Shown here: positions 37,681 through 47,355 of the stretch, piece after piece
Layout of the letters: the number at the start of each line of letters is the position of its first letter
Numbering within the stretch: the first letter of the stretch is position 1
Source: Hydrogenophilales bacterium
GTDB lineage: Bacteria > Pseudomonadota > Gammaproteobacteria > Burkholderiales > Eutrophovitaceae
Assembly: GCA_902627495.1 (NCBI GenBank)
Contig: CACOJS010000001.1
Location: 76,113 to 140,112, forward strand
Direction: 5' to 3'
Length of the DNA: 64,000 nt
Made by a program: the position numbers and the translations under genes
Notes under the pieces: model-generated
What the model was told of the DNA's origin: nothing
What the model saw: only the letters and a program-made list of their open reading frames with translations
The model's database searches: none

Positions 37681-38876
37681 GGACTGTCTATGCTACGAAT
37701 ATTTGGTAGCAAGACCCACATCCGTGCGATTTGCTTCATTTTTCCGGCTTGGTAGCCAGCTTGTGGTCCAAATCCCCAGAAAAAATCGCCACGAAGGGGC
37801 CCTTTAATGGCACTTCCAGTATCTTGAGCTAGAACAAGCCTATTGAGGGGTTTATTAGAATTAGGCCAGGTCGTAGCCAAATAGACTGGAAATCCCAAGG
37901 GAATAATCTGTGGATCCACCGCCAGGCTCCTTTCTGGGGTGAGAGGGACATTCATAGCACCTATTGGTCCTTCATCTAAATTTTTAAGATTCTTGAAAAA
38001 GATATATCTCTCGTTTTTATGAAGCAAGTTATCTAATTTGTTCGGGTTGGCATTCGCCCATTTTTTTATACCCTCCATGGAGGCCTCATGTAGTTTTATC
38101 TCTCCTTGCTCGACTAATACTTTGCCTATAGATGTGTAGGGAAGGCCGTTCGACATCCCAAAGCCAATTTTCACAATCTCGCCATTCGGTAAAGATACCC
38201 GACCCGACCCTTGTATTTGTAGAAAAAAAAGATCGATCTTATCCGCGACCCAGAAAAGAACGGGGATTTCCATAGAAGCAAAGTTCTTTTCTATTTCTTG
38301 TCTTGGGAAATACTCGGGACTCACACTCATTTTTTTTGCAGTTAATTCATCTGGTATTCCCAGGATCGGATATTTGTAACTTTTCGTTCTAAAGCGGCTA
38401 CCATATATTTGTGGTTCGTAATATCCAGTGACTAATCCCTTATTATTTTTCTCTGAAGTAGCTATTTGATGGGGCGTGAAGTGAATATGAAAGAAAGCTC
38501 TTACACTCGCCACCGTAGGGTTGCCCAGGCGTTTACTCTTTTCACAGATCTTCCCCCAAGTTCTTTTTTTATAAAGAACGTCACAACTCCTCAAAAAAGC
38601 GGGCCACGCTTGGGCCAAATCGTCTTCCATCCAGCCTGGCAAGTCTTCCCAAGCTCTTTTTGCAAAAGAAAAGCTTGGTGCTCTTACACCGGGAGTTTTA
38701 TGATGTTTTATAATAGGGCGAGAGGCCTGAGATTCATCTTGTGTGTGAGGTTTTTGATTGTATGGGGGAGTAGTACTACAGCCAGATATTGTCAGGGAGA
38801 TGACCGCCAGGATTCCGGAGAAAAATCGCCTCTTGTTGAGATAAAATGATTTGTGAGAAAGAGGGATCGAGTTCAT
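37677..38876 (-). CDS. mltA: Membrane-bound lytic murein transglycosylase A
   Basis: MltA/3D domain motifs (GYYEP, FFL.IQGSGR, AVD...IPLG, AQDTGSAIKG). The lipoprotein signal ...AVISLTISGC suggests the start at ATG 38876. The ORF track extends 30 codons further, to 38966. Confidence 0.9.
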   Translation of the reverse strand: MNSIPLSHKSFYLNKRRFFSGILAVISLTISGCSTTPPYNQKPHTQDESQASRPIIKHHKTPGVRAPSFSFAKRAWEDLPGWMEDDLAQAWPAFLRSCDVLYKKRTWGKICEKSKRLGNPTVASVRAFFHIHFTPHQIATSEKNNKGLVTGYYEPQIYGSRFRTKSYKYPILGIPDELTAKKMSVSPEYFPRQEIEKNFASMEIPVLFWVADKIDLFFLQIQGSGRVSLPNGEIVKIGFGMSNGLPYTSIGKVLVEQGEIKLHEASMEGIKKWANANPNKLDNLLHKNERYIFFKNLKNLDEGPIGAMNVPLTPERSLAVDPQIIPLGFPVYLATTWPNSNKPLNRLVLAQDTGSAIKGPLRGDFFWGFGPQAGYQAGKMKQIARMWVLLPNIRSIDSP

Positions 38877-39148
38877 GAAAGATTTTCCATTGTTCTGGGT
38901 TTTTTTAGAAATTTTTTTGGGTTTGGGAATGTTCTTGTTAATAATCTGGTGGACTCTGCCCAACAAAAAAAATAAAAATAAAGACTAAGACTATAATTTG
39001 CCGTAACTGTTTGGACAATATTTAATTCGACATTACGACATTCTTTAATGGTCGAGAACTTAAATTTGCACTAGTCTCACCTTAATATCTCCTGCGATTT
39101 TTCTTGTTTTCCACTACAATAAAACCTTTATCTTTCTACCTCGGTCAC

Positions 39149-39808
39149 ATGTCAACTTACAGAATTGCCCCCAGTATACTGTCCGCAGACTTTACCCGCC
39201 TTGGAGAAGAAGTTATTTCTGTCGCCCAGGCAGGAGCTGACATGATACATATTGATGTGATGGACAACCATTATGTGCCAAACTTAACCTTTGGTCCCCT
39301 AGTTTGTAAGGCCCTTAGACCTTTGACTGCACTCCCTCTTGATGTTCATTTAATGGCAGCTCCGGTGGATGATTTGATCAAGGATTTTGCCAGAGAGGGG
39401 GCTAATATTATTAGTTTTCATCCAGAAGCTACGGATCATGTCGACCGTACTATTCAGCTTATCCAGGATTTTGGATGCCAGGCTGGGTTGGTCTTAAATC
39501 CCTCGACGCCAGTTAATCATCTCGATTGGACCTTGGAGAAAATAGATATGGTTCTTGTAATGTCAGTAAATCCTGGGTTTGGGGGGCAGCAGTTTTTGGA
39601 GGGCACCTTGGATAAGGTTAAGTTGGTGAGAGAAATGATTAGAAAATCAGGAAGAAAGGTGGCACTTCAGGTCGATGGAGGCATCAATGTTGAGAATATT
39701 AGATCGGTGGCATCAGCTGGAGGTGATACCTTTGTGGCTGGGTCTGCAATTTTTGGAGCTAATAGTTATTCCCAAATAATTGGCGAGATGAAAGAAAGAC
39801 TTAGTTGA
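39149..39808 (+). CDS. rpe: Ribulose-phosphate 3-epimerase
   Basis: IAPSILSADF..LGEEV and H.DVMDNHYVPNLTFGP motifs. I prefer the ATG at 39149 over the ORF-track TTG at 39104. Confidence 0.94.
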   Translation: MSTYRIAPSILSADFTRLGEEVISVAQAGADMIHIDVMDNHYVPNLTFGPLVCKALRPLTALPLDVHLMAAPVDDLIKDFAREGANIISFHPEATDHVDRTIQLIQDFGCQAGLVLNPSTPVNHLDWTLEKIDMVLVMSVNPGFGGQQFLEGTLDKVKLVREMIRKSGRKVALQVDGGINVENIRSVASAGGDTFVAGSAIFGANSYSQIIGEMKERLS

Positions 39809-39841
39809 GACTCCATCAGCGTTTTTAAAAAAATAACTCCA

Positions 39842-40540
39842 ATGTCTCTATCCCCAATTAATGTATCTGGTATCGTTTTTGATCTTGACGGCACCCTAGT
39901 CAACACCATACCAGATCTGGCTCATGCAGCAAACAAAATGCTTGAACAACTGGGTTTTGCGTCAGTTAGTAAGTCAGAGTTTCCAAACTACATTGGCCAT
40001 GGAGTAGATGGTCTGATCAATGGTTTATTGAAGAAATTCTTAAAAAACTTTTCAGTTGATAACAGTCTTGTATTGGAGGCACATGCGATTTTTAAAAAAG
40101 AATATCGTTTATGTGTCTCTCGCTTTTCTAAAGTTTACTCTGGCGTATATGATACCTTGGATACCCTGAAGGGTTACCAAGTAAAGTTATTTTGTGTGAC
40201 CAATAAACCATATGAATACACGAGAATAATTTTGAGAGACTTAGCCTTGGACAAGTATTTTGATCTTGTTTTGGCCGGTGATACACTTGACAGGAAAAAA
40301 CCAGACCCGTTACCTCTGAATTACTTGTCCCGGGTTTTTGAGTTGCCAATTAAAAAGCTTCTGATGATCGGGGATTCTATGGTGGATATTAAAACTGCTC
40401 GAGAAGCTGGATGTCCTGTTTTTTGTGTGTCTTACGGGTACCATGGCCAAAATGAAATAGACAGTTTAGGGGCAGACGCGATAATTGACTCTGTCCGTGA
40501 TATATTTCCCCTTATCAACCTAGATCAGCATGCCTGCTGA
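39842..40540 (+). CDS. gph: Phosphoglycolate phosphatase (HAD superfamily)
   Basis: Motif I FDLDGTLVNT. Motif III-IV KKPDP...GDS..D. The conserved rpe-gph-trpE context supports the call. Confidence 0.85.
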   Translation: MSLSPINVSGIVFDLDGTLVNTIPDLAHAANKMLEQLGFASVSKSEFPNYIGHGVDGLINGLLKKFLKNFSVDNSLVLEAHAIFKKEYRLCVSRFSKVYSGVYDTLDTLKGYQVKLFCVTNKPYEYTRIILRDLALDKYFDLVLAGDTLDRKKPDPLPLNYLSRVFELPIKKLLMIGDSMVDIKTAREAGCPVFCVSYGYHGQNEIDSLGADAIIDSVRDIFPLINLDQHAC

Positions 40541-40626
40541 AAAGATCTAGTATTTGCCGAGGCTTATTAAAACTACTTTTTTAACGTCATTAGATAGCAG
40601 TTTGAGTTTGGGTGTTACCATATGAA

Positions 40627-42102
40627 ATGAAAGAAAAAGAATTTAAAAATTTGGCCCATAAAGGTTATAACAGGGTCCCACTAGTTCTCGAGATGTTTGC
40701 AGATCTCGATACGCCTTTGTCAGTATATCTAAAGACGGCAAATTCTCCTTATTCTTATTTACTTGAGTCCGTCGAAGGTGGGGAGCGTTTTGGAAGGTAC
40801 TCCTTTATTGGTTTGTCAGCCCGAACTCGGTTTTACGTGTTTGGTAAAAGGTGTGTGGAGATGAGGGATGATGTAATCATCTCAGAGTCAAATCTAGAGG
40901 ATCCTCTGGACTGGGTTAGAGGTGTCCAAGAAAGATATGTGGCCTACCCGAGGCCAGATCTTCCGAGGTTTTTGGGCGGGTTGGTCGGGTGTTTTGGTTA
41001 TGAAATTGTTAAGTATATTGAAAAAAAACTAGATACGGCAGATAAACCAGACTGCTTGAAAACTCCGGACATACTGTTGCTACTGTCTGAAGAGTTAGTA
41101 GTTGTTGATAATCTTTCGGGTAGACTTTTTGTTGTCGTATATGCTGACCCGAGGGAAGATAAGTCTTGGGCCTCAGCACAAAAAAGACTAAAAGAGATTA
41201 ATAAAATGCTCGAGCAGCCAGTGGTAGTCCCCTTAGAAAATCACGGTGAGTTGCCGTCAACTCATACCGAGTTTGCTAAACCAGATTTTATGGCCGCCGT
41301 AGCGAAAGCTAAGGAGTTCATAGCAGCTGGCGATATTATGCAGGTTGTGGTATCTCAAAGAATGCATGTTTCTTTTGAAGCAGAACCTCTAGCATTATAT
41401 CGATCCCTTCGAGCACTAAACCCGTCTCCTTACATGTTTTTCTTCAATATGGGTGATTTCCAAGTTATTGGTTCATCTCCTGAAATATTAGTTAGGCTGG
41501 AGGATGGTCTTGTGACTTTAAGGCCTATAGCGGGAACAAGACCAAGAGGGGACACTCTGGAGAAGGATGGAAAATATGAAACAGACCTTTTGTCTGACCC
41601 CAAGGAGTTGGCGGAGCACCTCATGTTACTCGATTTGGGTCGGAACGATGTTGGCCGAGTAGCAAAGATTGGCACGGTTTCTGTAACTGAGCAAATGATC
41701 GTGGAAAGATACTCTCACGTTATGCATATAGTCTCAAATGTACAAGGGGAACTTAATGATGATCTAGATGCTATTGCTGTTTTGAAAGCTTCATTTCCAG
41801 CGGGTACAGTGTCGGGAGCCCCAAAGGTGCGGGCAATGGAAATAATCCAGGAGCTCGAGCCGAGTAAAAGAGGTGTTTACTCAGGGGCTGTAGGGTATAT
41901 AGGGTTCGGTGGTGATATGGATGTTGCAATAGCGATTAGAACCGCAGTTATTAAAGATCAGGTTCTTTATGTACAAGCTGGTGCCGGGATAGTAGCCGAT
42001 TCCGTGCCAGAACTAGAATGGATGGAAACCCATAATAAAGCAAAAGCAATAATCAAGGCGGCAGAAATGGCCACCAGAGGTGGTCGGCATAAAAAAAGTT
42101 AA
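40627..42102 (+). CDS. trpE: Anthranilate synthase component I
   Basis: N-terminal GYNRVPL..E...DLDTPLS.Y regulatory region. The LESVEGGE motif in that same N-terminal region and chorismate-binding domain (GAVGY.GF.G..D.AIAIRT). I prefer the ATG at 40627 (MKEKEF...) over GTG 40612. Confidence 0.94.
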   Translation: MKEKEFKNLAHKGYNRVPLVLEMFADLDTPLSVYLKTANSPYSYLLESVEGGERFGRYSFIGLSARTRFYVFGKRCVEMRDDVIISESNLEDPLDWVRGVQERYVAYPRPDLPRFLGGLVGCFGYEIVKYIEKKLDTADKPDCLKTPDILLLLSEELVVVDNLSGRLFVVVYADPREDKSWASAQKRLKEINKMLEQPVVVPLENHGELPSTHTEFAKPDFMAAVAKAKEFIAAGDIMQVVVSQRMHVSFEAEPLALYRSLRALNPSPYMFFFNMGDFQVIGSSPEILVRLEDGLVTLRPIAGTRPRGDTLEKDGKYETDLLSDPKELAEHLMLLDLGRNDVGRVAKIGTVSVTEQMIVERYSHVMHIVSNVQGELNDDLDAIAVLKASFPAGTVSGAPKVRAMEIIQELEPSKRGVYSGAVGYIGFGGDMDVAIAIRTAVIKDQVLYVQAGAGIVADSVPELEWMETHNKAKAIIKAAEMATRGGRHKKS

Positions 42103-42120
42103 CAATAGTGGTTTTTGGTT

Positions 42121-42687
42121 ATGATAATAGTTATTGATAATTATGATTCCTTTACCTTCAACCTAGTTCAATATCTTGGGGAATTAGGGCAAGAAGTCAA
42201 GGTGTTCAGAAATGATGAGGTTTCTGTGGCCGACATAGTGCGACTGAAGCCGAAGCAATTGGTTATATCCCCGGGTCCTTGCACTCCTCTTGAAGCTGGT
42301 ATTTCAGTTGACCTTATAAAAAAATTGGGTAGTGACCTGCCAATCCTAGGAGTTTGTTTGGGCCACCAAAGCATTGGGTATGCTTTTGGAGCGTCGGTAG
42401 TTAGAGGCAAAGAACCCGTTCATGGTAAGACATCAGTCATAAATCATAATGGGAGGGGACTTTTTGAGGGCATTCCGCAGTCATTTGTAGCTACCCGCTA
42501 CCACTCGTTAATAATAGACAAAAAAGTTATGCCTGATTGTTTAGAGGTCACGGCTTGGACAGATGATGGAGTTGTTATGGGAATAAAACATCGAGATTAT
42601 GGTCTACATGGTGTCCAGTTTCATCCTGAGTCCATACTTAGTGAGAACGGATACGTTATTTTGAAAAACTTTTTGGAGGGTAACTAA
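42121..42687 (+). CDS. trpG: Anthranilate synthase component II (glutamine amidotransferase)
   Basis: IDNYDSFT. GVCLGHQ (catalytic Cys). QFHPES (His-Glu). Confidence 0.94.
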   Translation: MIIVIDNYDSFTFNLVQYLGELGQEVKVFRNDEVSVADIVRLKPKQLVISPGPCTPLEAGISVDLIKKLGSDLPILGVCLGHQSIGYAFGASVVRGKEPVHGKTSVINHNGRGLFEGIPQSFVATRYHSLIIDKKVMPDCLEVTAWTDDGVVMGIKHRDYGLHGVQFHPESILSENGYVILKNFLEGN

Positions 42688-42689
42688 CA

Positions 42690-43721
42690 GTGACACTGCA
42701 GGATGCGATAAACAGACTGATTGATGGTCAGGAAATTATGCATGAGGATATGTTGGATCTGATGGGACAGATTATGCGGGGTGATGTCTCGGAGACTCTA
42801 ATGTCGGCTTTTATAATTGGTCTTCGAGTTAAGGGTGAAACGGTTGGTGAAATAACAGCTGCAGCAAAGGTGATGCGTGAATTGAGTACCAACGTGTTGG
42901 TATCCGACAAAAGTTACATGGTGGATACCTGTGGTACGGGAGGAGATGGGTGTTCTACGTTTAATATTTCTACAGCTTCAGCATTTGTGGCAGCAGCTGC
43001 GGGGGCTAGGGTTGCCAAGCATGGCGGTCGGTCAGTTTCAAGTACCTCCGGTAGTGCAGATGTTCTGGAGGCACTAAACGTCAATTTAAAGCTCAACCCA
43101 GATCAAGTAGCAAAATGCATTGAGAATGTTGGTTTTGGTTTTATGTTTGCCCCTAATCATCATTCGGCAATGAGATTTGCAGCCTCTGTTCGCAAAGAAC
43201 TGGGAGTACGGACACTGTTCAATATCTTAGGGCCTCTAACAAATCCAGCACAAGCCAAAAACCAACTTATGGGGGTTTTTCACCCTGATCTCGTTGGAAT
43301 TCAGGCAAATGTGTTACGCCGACTGGGAAGTCACAGGGCCATGGTAGTGCACGGCGAAGATGGTCTTGATGAAATATCAATAACTGGAAATACAAAGGTT
43401 GCTGAATTAATAAATGGAGAGGTGATTGAATACCAAGTTCATCCTAAGCAATTTGGTTTGAAGCAGGCTGATTTATCTGAATTACAGGCCAGTGATGGGG
43501 ATGACGCCAAGAAGATGCTACTTAGCGTTTTAGAGGGGGGGCTAGGGGTAGCCTCAGATATCGTTTCTCTGAATGCTGGGGCTGCCATATATGTTTCTGG
43601 TCTTGTCGAGAGCCTGAGTCAGGGGGTTGATAGAGCCCGAGAGGTTGTCGCCTCGGGAGATGCCGGCCGAAAGCTACAAAGTTTTATAAGTTTTACCCAA
43701 AAAATCAGCAACCCTGAATAG
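42690..43721 (+). CDS. trpD: Anthranilate phosphoribosyltransferase
   Basis: DTCGTGGDG..TFNIST and KHGGRS.SS.SGSADVLEALG-type motifs. GTG start. Confidence 0.94.
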   Translation: MTLQDAINRLIDGQEIMHEDMLDLMGQIMRGDVSETLMSAFIIGLRVKGETVGEITAAAKVMRELSTNVLVSDKSYMVDTCGTGGDGCSTFNISTASAFVAAAAGARVAKHGGRSVSSTSGSADVLEALNVNLKLNPDQVAKCIENVGFGFMFAPNHHSAMRFAASVRKELGVRTLFNILGPLTNPAQAKNQLMGVFHPDLVGIQANVLRRLGSHRAMVVHGEDGLDEISITGNTKVAELINGEVIEYQVHPKQFGLKQADLSELQASDGDDAKKMLLSVLEGGLGVASDIVSLNAGAAIYVSGLVESLSQGVDRAREVVASGDAGRKLQSFISFTQKISNPE

Positions 43722-43727
43722 AAATTG

Positions 43728-44519
43728 ATGAATAACATACTTGATAAAATTCTCGATACGAAGCGGCACGAAGTAGAAAGTGCTAAATTACAATTATCTT
43801 TGACTCAGATTGAGAGGGGCATAAAAGATTCAGAAAGGCCAAGAGATTTTTTGGGTGCTATAAGAAAAAAAATTAATAGTGGCTTTCCTGCTGTAATTGC
43901 TGAAATAAAGCAGGCTAGCCCGAGTAAAGGACTGATCAGCAAAAACTTTCAACCAGGTGTTATAGCAGAATCTTATGAGTCCAATGGGGCCGCGTGCCTT
44001 TCTGTTCTTACCGATAGTAAGTATTTTAAAGGTTGTTTAGATGATCTTAGAGAGGCGAAGCTTGCAACACGACTGCCGGTTCTTAGAAAAGACTTTATGA
44101 TTGATAGGTACCAGATAGCTGAGGCTAGACTGGCAGGTGCCGATTGTATCCTACTGATAGCGGCAGCTCTTGATCTTCATGATATGAAGGACTTAGAGAA
44201 ACTGGCTACTAGCTATGGAATGGCAGTGTTGGTTGAAATTCATGATAGTGACGAGTTGAATTTAGCACTTGAGCTTCAGACGCCACTTATTGGAATAAAC
44301 AACAGAAACCTCCAAACTTTCAAAACAGACATTAATAATACTTTTGAAATCATTAGCCATATACCCGAAGACAGGATTTTAGTGACAGAGAGTGGAATAA
44401 AGACCAATTCAGATGTCGCTAAACTGAGGGAAGCCGGGGTGCACTCCTTTTTGGTGGGGGAGGCATTTATGACGGAAGAAAACCCAGGACTGGTCTTGTC
44501 AAAATTGTTTGGAACTTAG
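43728..44519 (+). CDS. trpC: Indole-3-glycerol phosphate synthase
   Basis: VIAEIK.ASPSKG, LRKDF and INNRNL.TF motifs. ATG at 43728, one codon inside the ORF-track TTG. Confidence 0.93.
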   Translation: MNNILDKILDTKRHEVESAKLQLSLTQIERGIKDSERPRDFLGAIRKKINSGFPAVIAEIKQASPSKGLISKNFQPGVIAESYESNGAACLSVLTDSKYFKGCLDDLREAKLATRLPVLRKDFMIDRYQIAEARLAGADCILLIAAALDLHDMKDLEKLATSYGMAVLVEIHDSDELNLALELQTPLIGINNRNLQTFKTDINNTFEIISHIPEDRILVTESGIKTNSDVAKLREAGVHSFLVGEAFMTEENPGLVLSKLFGT

Positions 44520-44691
44520 TGTTTGTTGTTATAAAACAACAAAAATAAGTTGATATCTCGCGAAAAAGCCATTAAGGCTTGCTTTTATGATGAAAAAGGC
44601 AACAATATCATTTCCGACTCAATCTGTTTTTGATTTGGTTGGGCAAAAATTATTGTTTTTAAAAGAAATACACTCTAAGGGAGTTTTTTTC

Positions 44692-45798
44692 ATGAAAAAA
44701 AGTTTATTAGCAGTCGTTATTGCGGGTATCTTTGCTGTACCGTCCGCAATGGCAGCTGAGGTTAACGGTGCAATCGCTGTTGGTATTGACCGTTCTAAAG
44801 CCTCAGGAAGTGCTACTTCATCCGATAACATTTCAGCCACCAGAATCAGTGATGGCTACAGCTTCATATCAATCTCGCACAGCGAAGAATTTGATAACGG
44901 GATGAGTGGTGATCTATACCTTCAGGCACACTACTACGCTTCTGATGCCGGGAATGCAGCCCAAAGTGTCAACAACCGTAATTCTTACGTAGGAATTTCC
45001 GGTGATTTTGGGTCCATTCGTTTAGGATCGAACGAGAACGCATACGAGCGTATGCTTTATTCTCATAGTTCCCAAGATGGTGACTGGTCATACGGTACTA
45101 TTTCTATCATGGGTGTTGCACCTGCTGGTGCAGGAAACGACGCTGGAATCAGAAGTCATATCTGGGATCGTACTAACGACACCCTGATGTACTATGGCCC
45201 AGATGGTCCACTTAAGATTGAAATGGATTATGTTTTTGGTGGCGCTGGTACATCAGCAACTCGCACCCCGAGTATCCTATCCCTAGCTTTAGAGTATGAT
45301 ATGGGTGGTATAGGGCTATTTGCTGGATACCAGGTTGCGACAGATTGGGCTGGAAGTGGTAACACACCTACGGCAGCTCGTGATGACACCGGCATGATAT
45401 TTGGTGCTGAGTTTGGTATCGGCGACTTGGCTATGAATATTGGTATGGAAACACTCGAGTGGAAAGATACTACTAACAATGTTCAGACTGAGCGTAGTGC
45501 CTTCATGGTCAACGCAAAGTATCCATTAGCTAGCGGAACACTTGGTGTTACTTACACCAGAGCTGATGACTCTGACCAAACCTCTGGTGGGACAACTACC
45601 ACTACCGATGATGGAGCAAATGGCTTGTACATTGGTTACTATCATCCAATGGGTGAGAGCACCACTTTGTGGGCGATGTATGGCAAGTTAACAAATGATC
45701 CAGCTGGTACGTACAGCTTTGCTACCTGGGAAGCTAGTCCAAACACAGCAGGCCAAGACTTCACGAACTACGTAATAGGTATCAAACACGCATTCTAA
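44692..45798 (+). CDS. Outer-membrane general porin (Gram-negative porin family)
   Basis: Start at ATG 44692, with an AAGGGAG SD about 10 nt upstream. Signal peptide MKKSLLAVVIAGIFAVPSAMA|AE. Alternating beta-strand pattern rich in G/Y/T/D. C-terminal ...YVIGIKHAF with terminal Phe. A strong terminator follows. Confidence 0.85.
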   Translation: MKKSLLAVVIAGIFAVPSAMAAEVNGAIAVGIDRSKASGSATSSDNISATRISDGYSFISISHSEEFDNGMSGDLYLQAHYYASDAGNAAQSVNNRNSYVGISGDFGSIRLGSNENAYERMLYSHSSQDGDWSYGTISIMGVAPAGAGNDAGIRSHIWDRTNDTLMYYGPDGPLKIEMDYVFGGAGTSATRTPSILSLALEYDMGGIGLFAGYQVATDWAGSGNTPTAARDDTGMIFGAEFGIGDLAMNIGMETLEWKDTTNNVQTERSAFMVNAKYPLASGTLGVTYTRADDSDQTSGGTTTTTDDGANGLYIGYYHPMGESTTLWAMYGKLTNDPAGTYSFATWEASPNTAGQDFTNYVIGIKHAF

Positions 45799-45827
45799 GA
45801 GTCTTGCATTTGTAGTAATGTAAAAAA

Positions 45828-45851
45828 GGGCGTAATTTTACGCCCTTTTTT
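45828..45851 (+). terminator. Rho-independent terminator of the porin gene
   Basis: GGGCGTA-ATTT-TACGCCC, followed by TTTTTT and preceded by an A-run. Confidence 0.85.
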
Positions 45852-45984
45852 ACGCCTAGCTATCTCTTGAGTTAGAATCTTAACCCTATCTAAGATATCA
45901 TTTAGTATAAGTTATTCAGTGATATATTACTTAAGGTTTCACAATGTGGACTTTTTGTTAGATAATTTTTAGGGGGAGGTCGTA

Positions 45985-46548
45985 ATAGATACTGAATTAC
46001 GGGGTTTTATTTTAAAACTTTTAGTAGTTTTAGCCCTGAATGGATGTTCTGCCAAGATTTATGATCCTGAGGTGAAAACTTGGGGTGGATCTTTGCTACC
46101 AGATAGGGAGGTTAATAAGTACCAGGCAGTTCACTTACATTCCGTCTTTGGTGCACAGTTTCTTTCTGATGGATTGAATACCCACATTTCTGAGAACTCT
46201 TTGCCTACTAGAGCCTCTGATAGATCCTCCATGATTCTTGATAAAATTGCACAGTTTTTATTTGAAAAGGGGTATGAGGTTGAAACTGGTGTTGGGCTGG
46301 GTGCTGGTATAAATATTCTGATTAATGGTATGGATATTAGCTTTGATACACTCGAAAAATTTTATACGGCCCGTTTAGAAATTACTCTTAAAGTATCCGA
46401 TCCTAAGGAAATGCTGGGCTATGACTATTACTTTTCAAGAGAGATTGTAAGTGATGTGGCCTACTCTAACTACTTCACCGAAACACTGATTGTGCGTACT
46501 TTAAGCGATGCGATAACACAAGCTATTTTACGGATTAACAATCTATAA
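45985..46548 (+). CDS. Hypothetical lipoprotein. The start codon is unresolved: the conservative ORF-track start is GTG 46072.
   Basis: The frame is open from 45973. In-frame upstream codons encode ...DTELRGFILKLLVVLALNGCSAK..., which is a lipoprotein-type signal with lipobox LNGC. The strong SD AGGGGGAGG (45971-45979) sits 5 nt before ATA 45985. No ATG, GTG or TTG lies upstream of the lipobox. Confidence 0.5.
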   Translation: MDTELRGFILKLLVVLALNGCSAKIYDPEVKTWGGSLLPDREVNKYQAVHLHSVFGAQFLSDGLNTHISENSLPTRASDRSSMILDKIAQFLFEKGYEVETGVGLGAGINILINGMDISFDTLEKFYTARLEITLKVSDPKEMLGYDYYFSREIVSDVAYSNYFTETLIVRTLSDAITQAILRINNL

Positions 46549-46564
46549 TGCTAATAATCAAGTT

Positions 46565-47308
46565 ATGAACAGCAATAATTTAAATACTAGTCAAAATAAG
46601 CAAAAAGGCGAAACCGGACGAAACGCAATACCTGATGTTATGAAAGTTGTTGAGATGGCTCAGACTTCGGGTGATGTGCTGGTCGATGTTGCCCCAGATG
46701 GGAGAGTGACAGTGCGATCAGTTCGAGAGGCAGTGTCTTTAGCTCTAAAGAAGAAGTTGCCAAAAAAATGGGTTGTGATTGCCGTAATTTTTAGTGCCTT
46801 TTGTCTGGGATCTGTTTGCGGTGTTTTAACAGATCGATTCTATCTGCATGATTCTTTTATCCAGGATAAGGAGAATCTAATCTCAAGTTCAGCTAGTAAC
46901 GAGACTTCTGTTTTATTTTCAGAGTATGAAACTAAAACTCTTTTGGATTTGCCGTCGACCCCCGGCAATAACGGTACCCGGGGGGAAGATTTCTTTTTAA
47001 TGGGAGATATAGAAGCCGCATTTGTTGTATGGAAAAAAGAGATTTTTAGCTTGCCTGACAATGTTAAAGTTATCGTGACAGGAGTATACTCTTCTGAGGC
47101 AACTGCCTTTAAAGTATATGAAGAACTAGCGAGAGATTTTAGGCCGATATTGGTAAAAAGGAAAAGTCAAAACGCCTCGCAAATTTTAATCTTAGTTCCG
47201 CATGTAGATAATTCTAATTTTGAAGAGACACGTAGACGGTTGGCAGACAAACTTTCTATCCCGTTGCCCAAATGGAATAGTGCCAGCACACTAAAAAATC
47301 GACTTTAA
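46565..47308 (+). CDS. Hypothetical bitopic membrane protein
   Basis: A 247-aa ORF with one TM helix (WVVIAVIFSAFCLGSVCGVLT) after a ~67-aa polar N-terminus. The C-terminal ~75 aa has a beta-alpha-beta-beta pattern faintly reminiscent of SPOR domains. The start lies 16 nt after the upstream lipoprotein gene. Confidence 0.55.
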   Translation: MNSNNLNTSQNKQKGETGRNAIPDVMKVVEMAQTSGDVLVDVAPDGRVTVRSVREAVSLALKKKLPKKWVVIAVIFSAFCLGSVCGVLTDRFYLHDSFIQDKENLISSSASNETSVLFSEYETKTLLDLPSTPGNNGTRGEDFFLMGDIEAAFVVWKKEIFSLPDNVKVIVTGVYSSEATAFKVYEELARDFRPILVKRKSQNASQILILVPHVDNSNFEETRRRLADKLSIPLPKWNSASTLKNRL

Positions 47309-47355
47309 ATTTTGTAGAAGTAAACAGTTTAGTTATCTGGTAGATTGTATAATAA

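Noticed and set aside
40541-40626. Search for a trp leader peptide or attenuator upstream of trpE.
   Set aside because: There is no small ORF with tandem Trp codons and no alternative terminator/antiterminator hairpins in the 86-nt spacer. trpE probably reads through from rpe-gph.
44522-44543. An AT-rich hairpin TTTGTTGTT-ATAA-AACAACAAA just after trpC, plus a 5-bp AAGCC/GGCTT hairpin at 44566-44580.
   Set aside because: The first has no following U-run and very weak pairing energy. The second has only a 5-bp stem. Neither is convincing as a terminator, although some termination before the porin promoter is likely.
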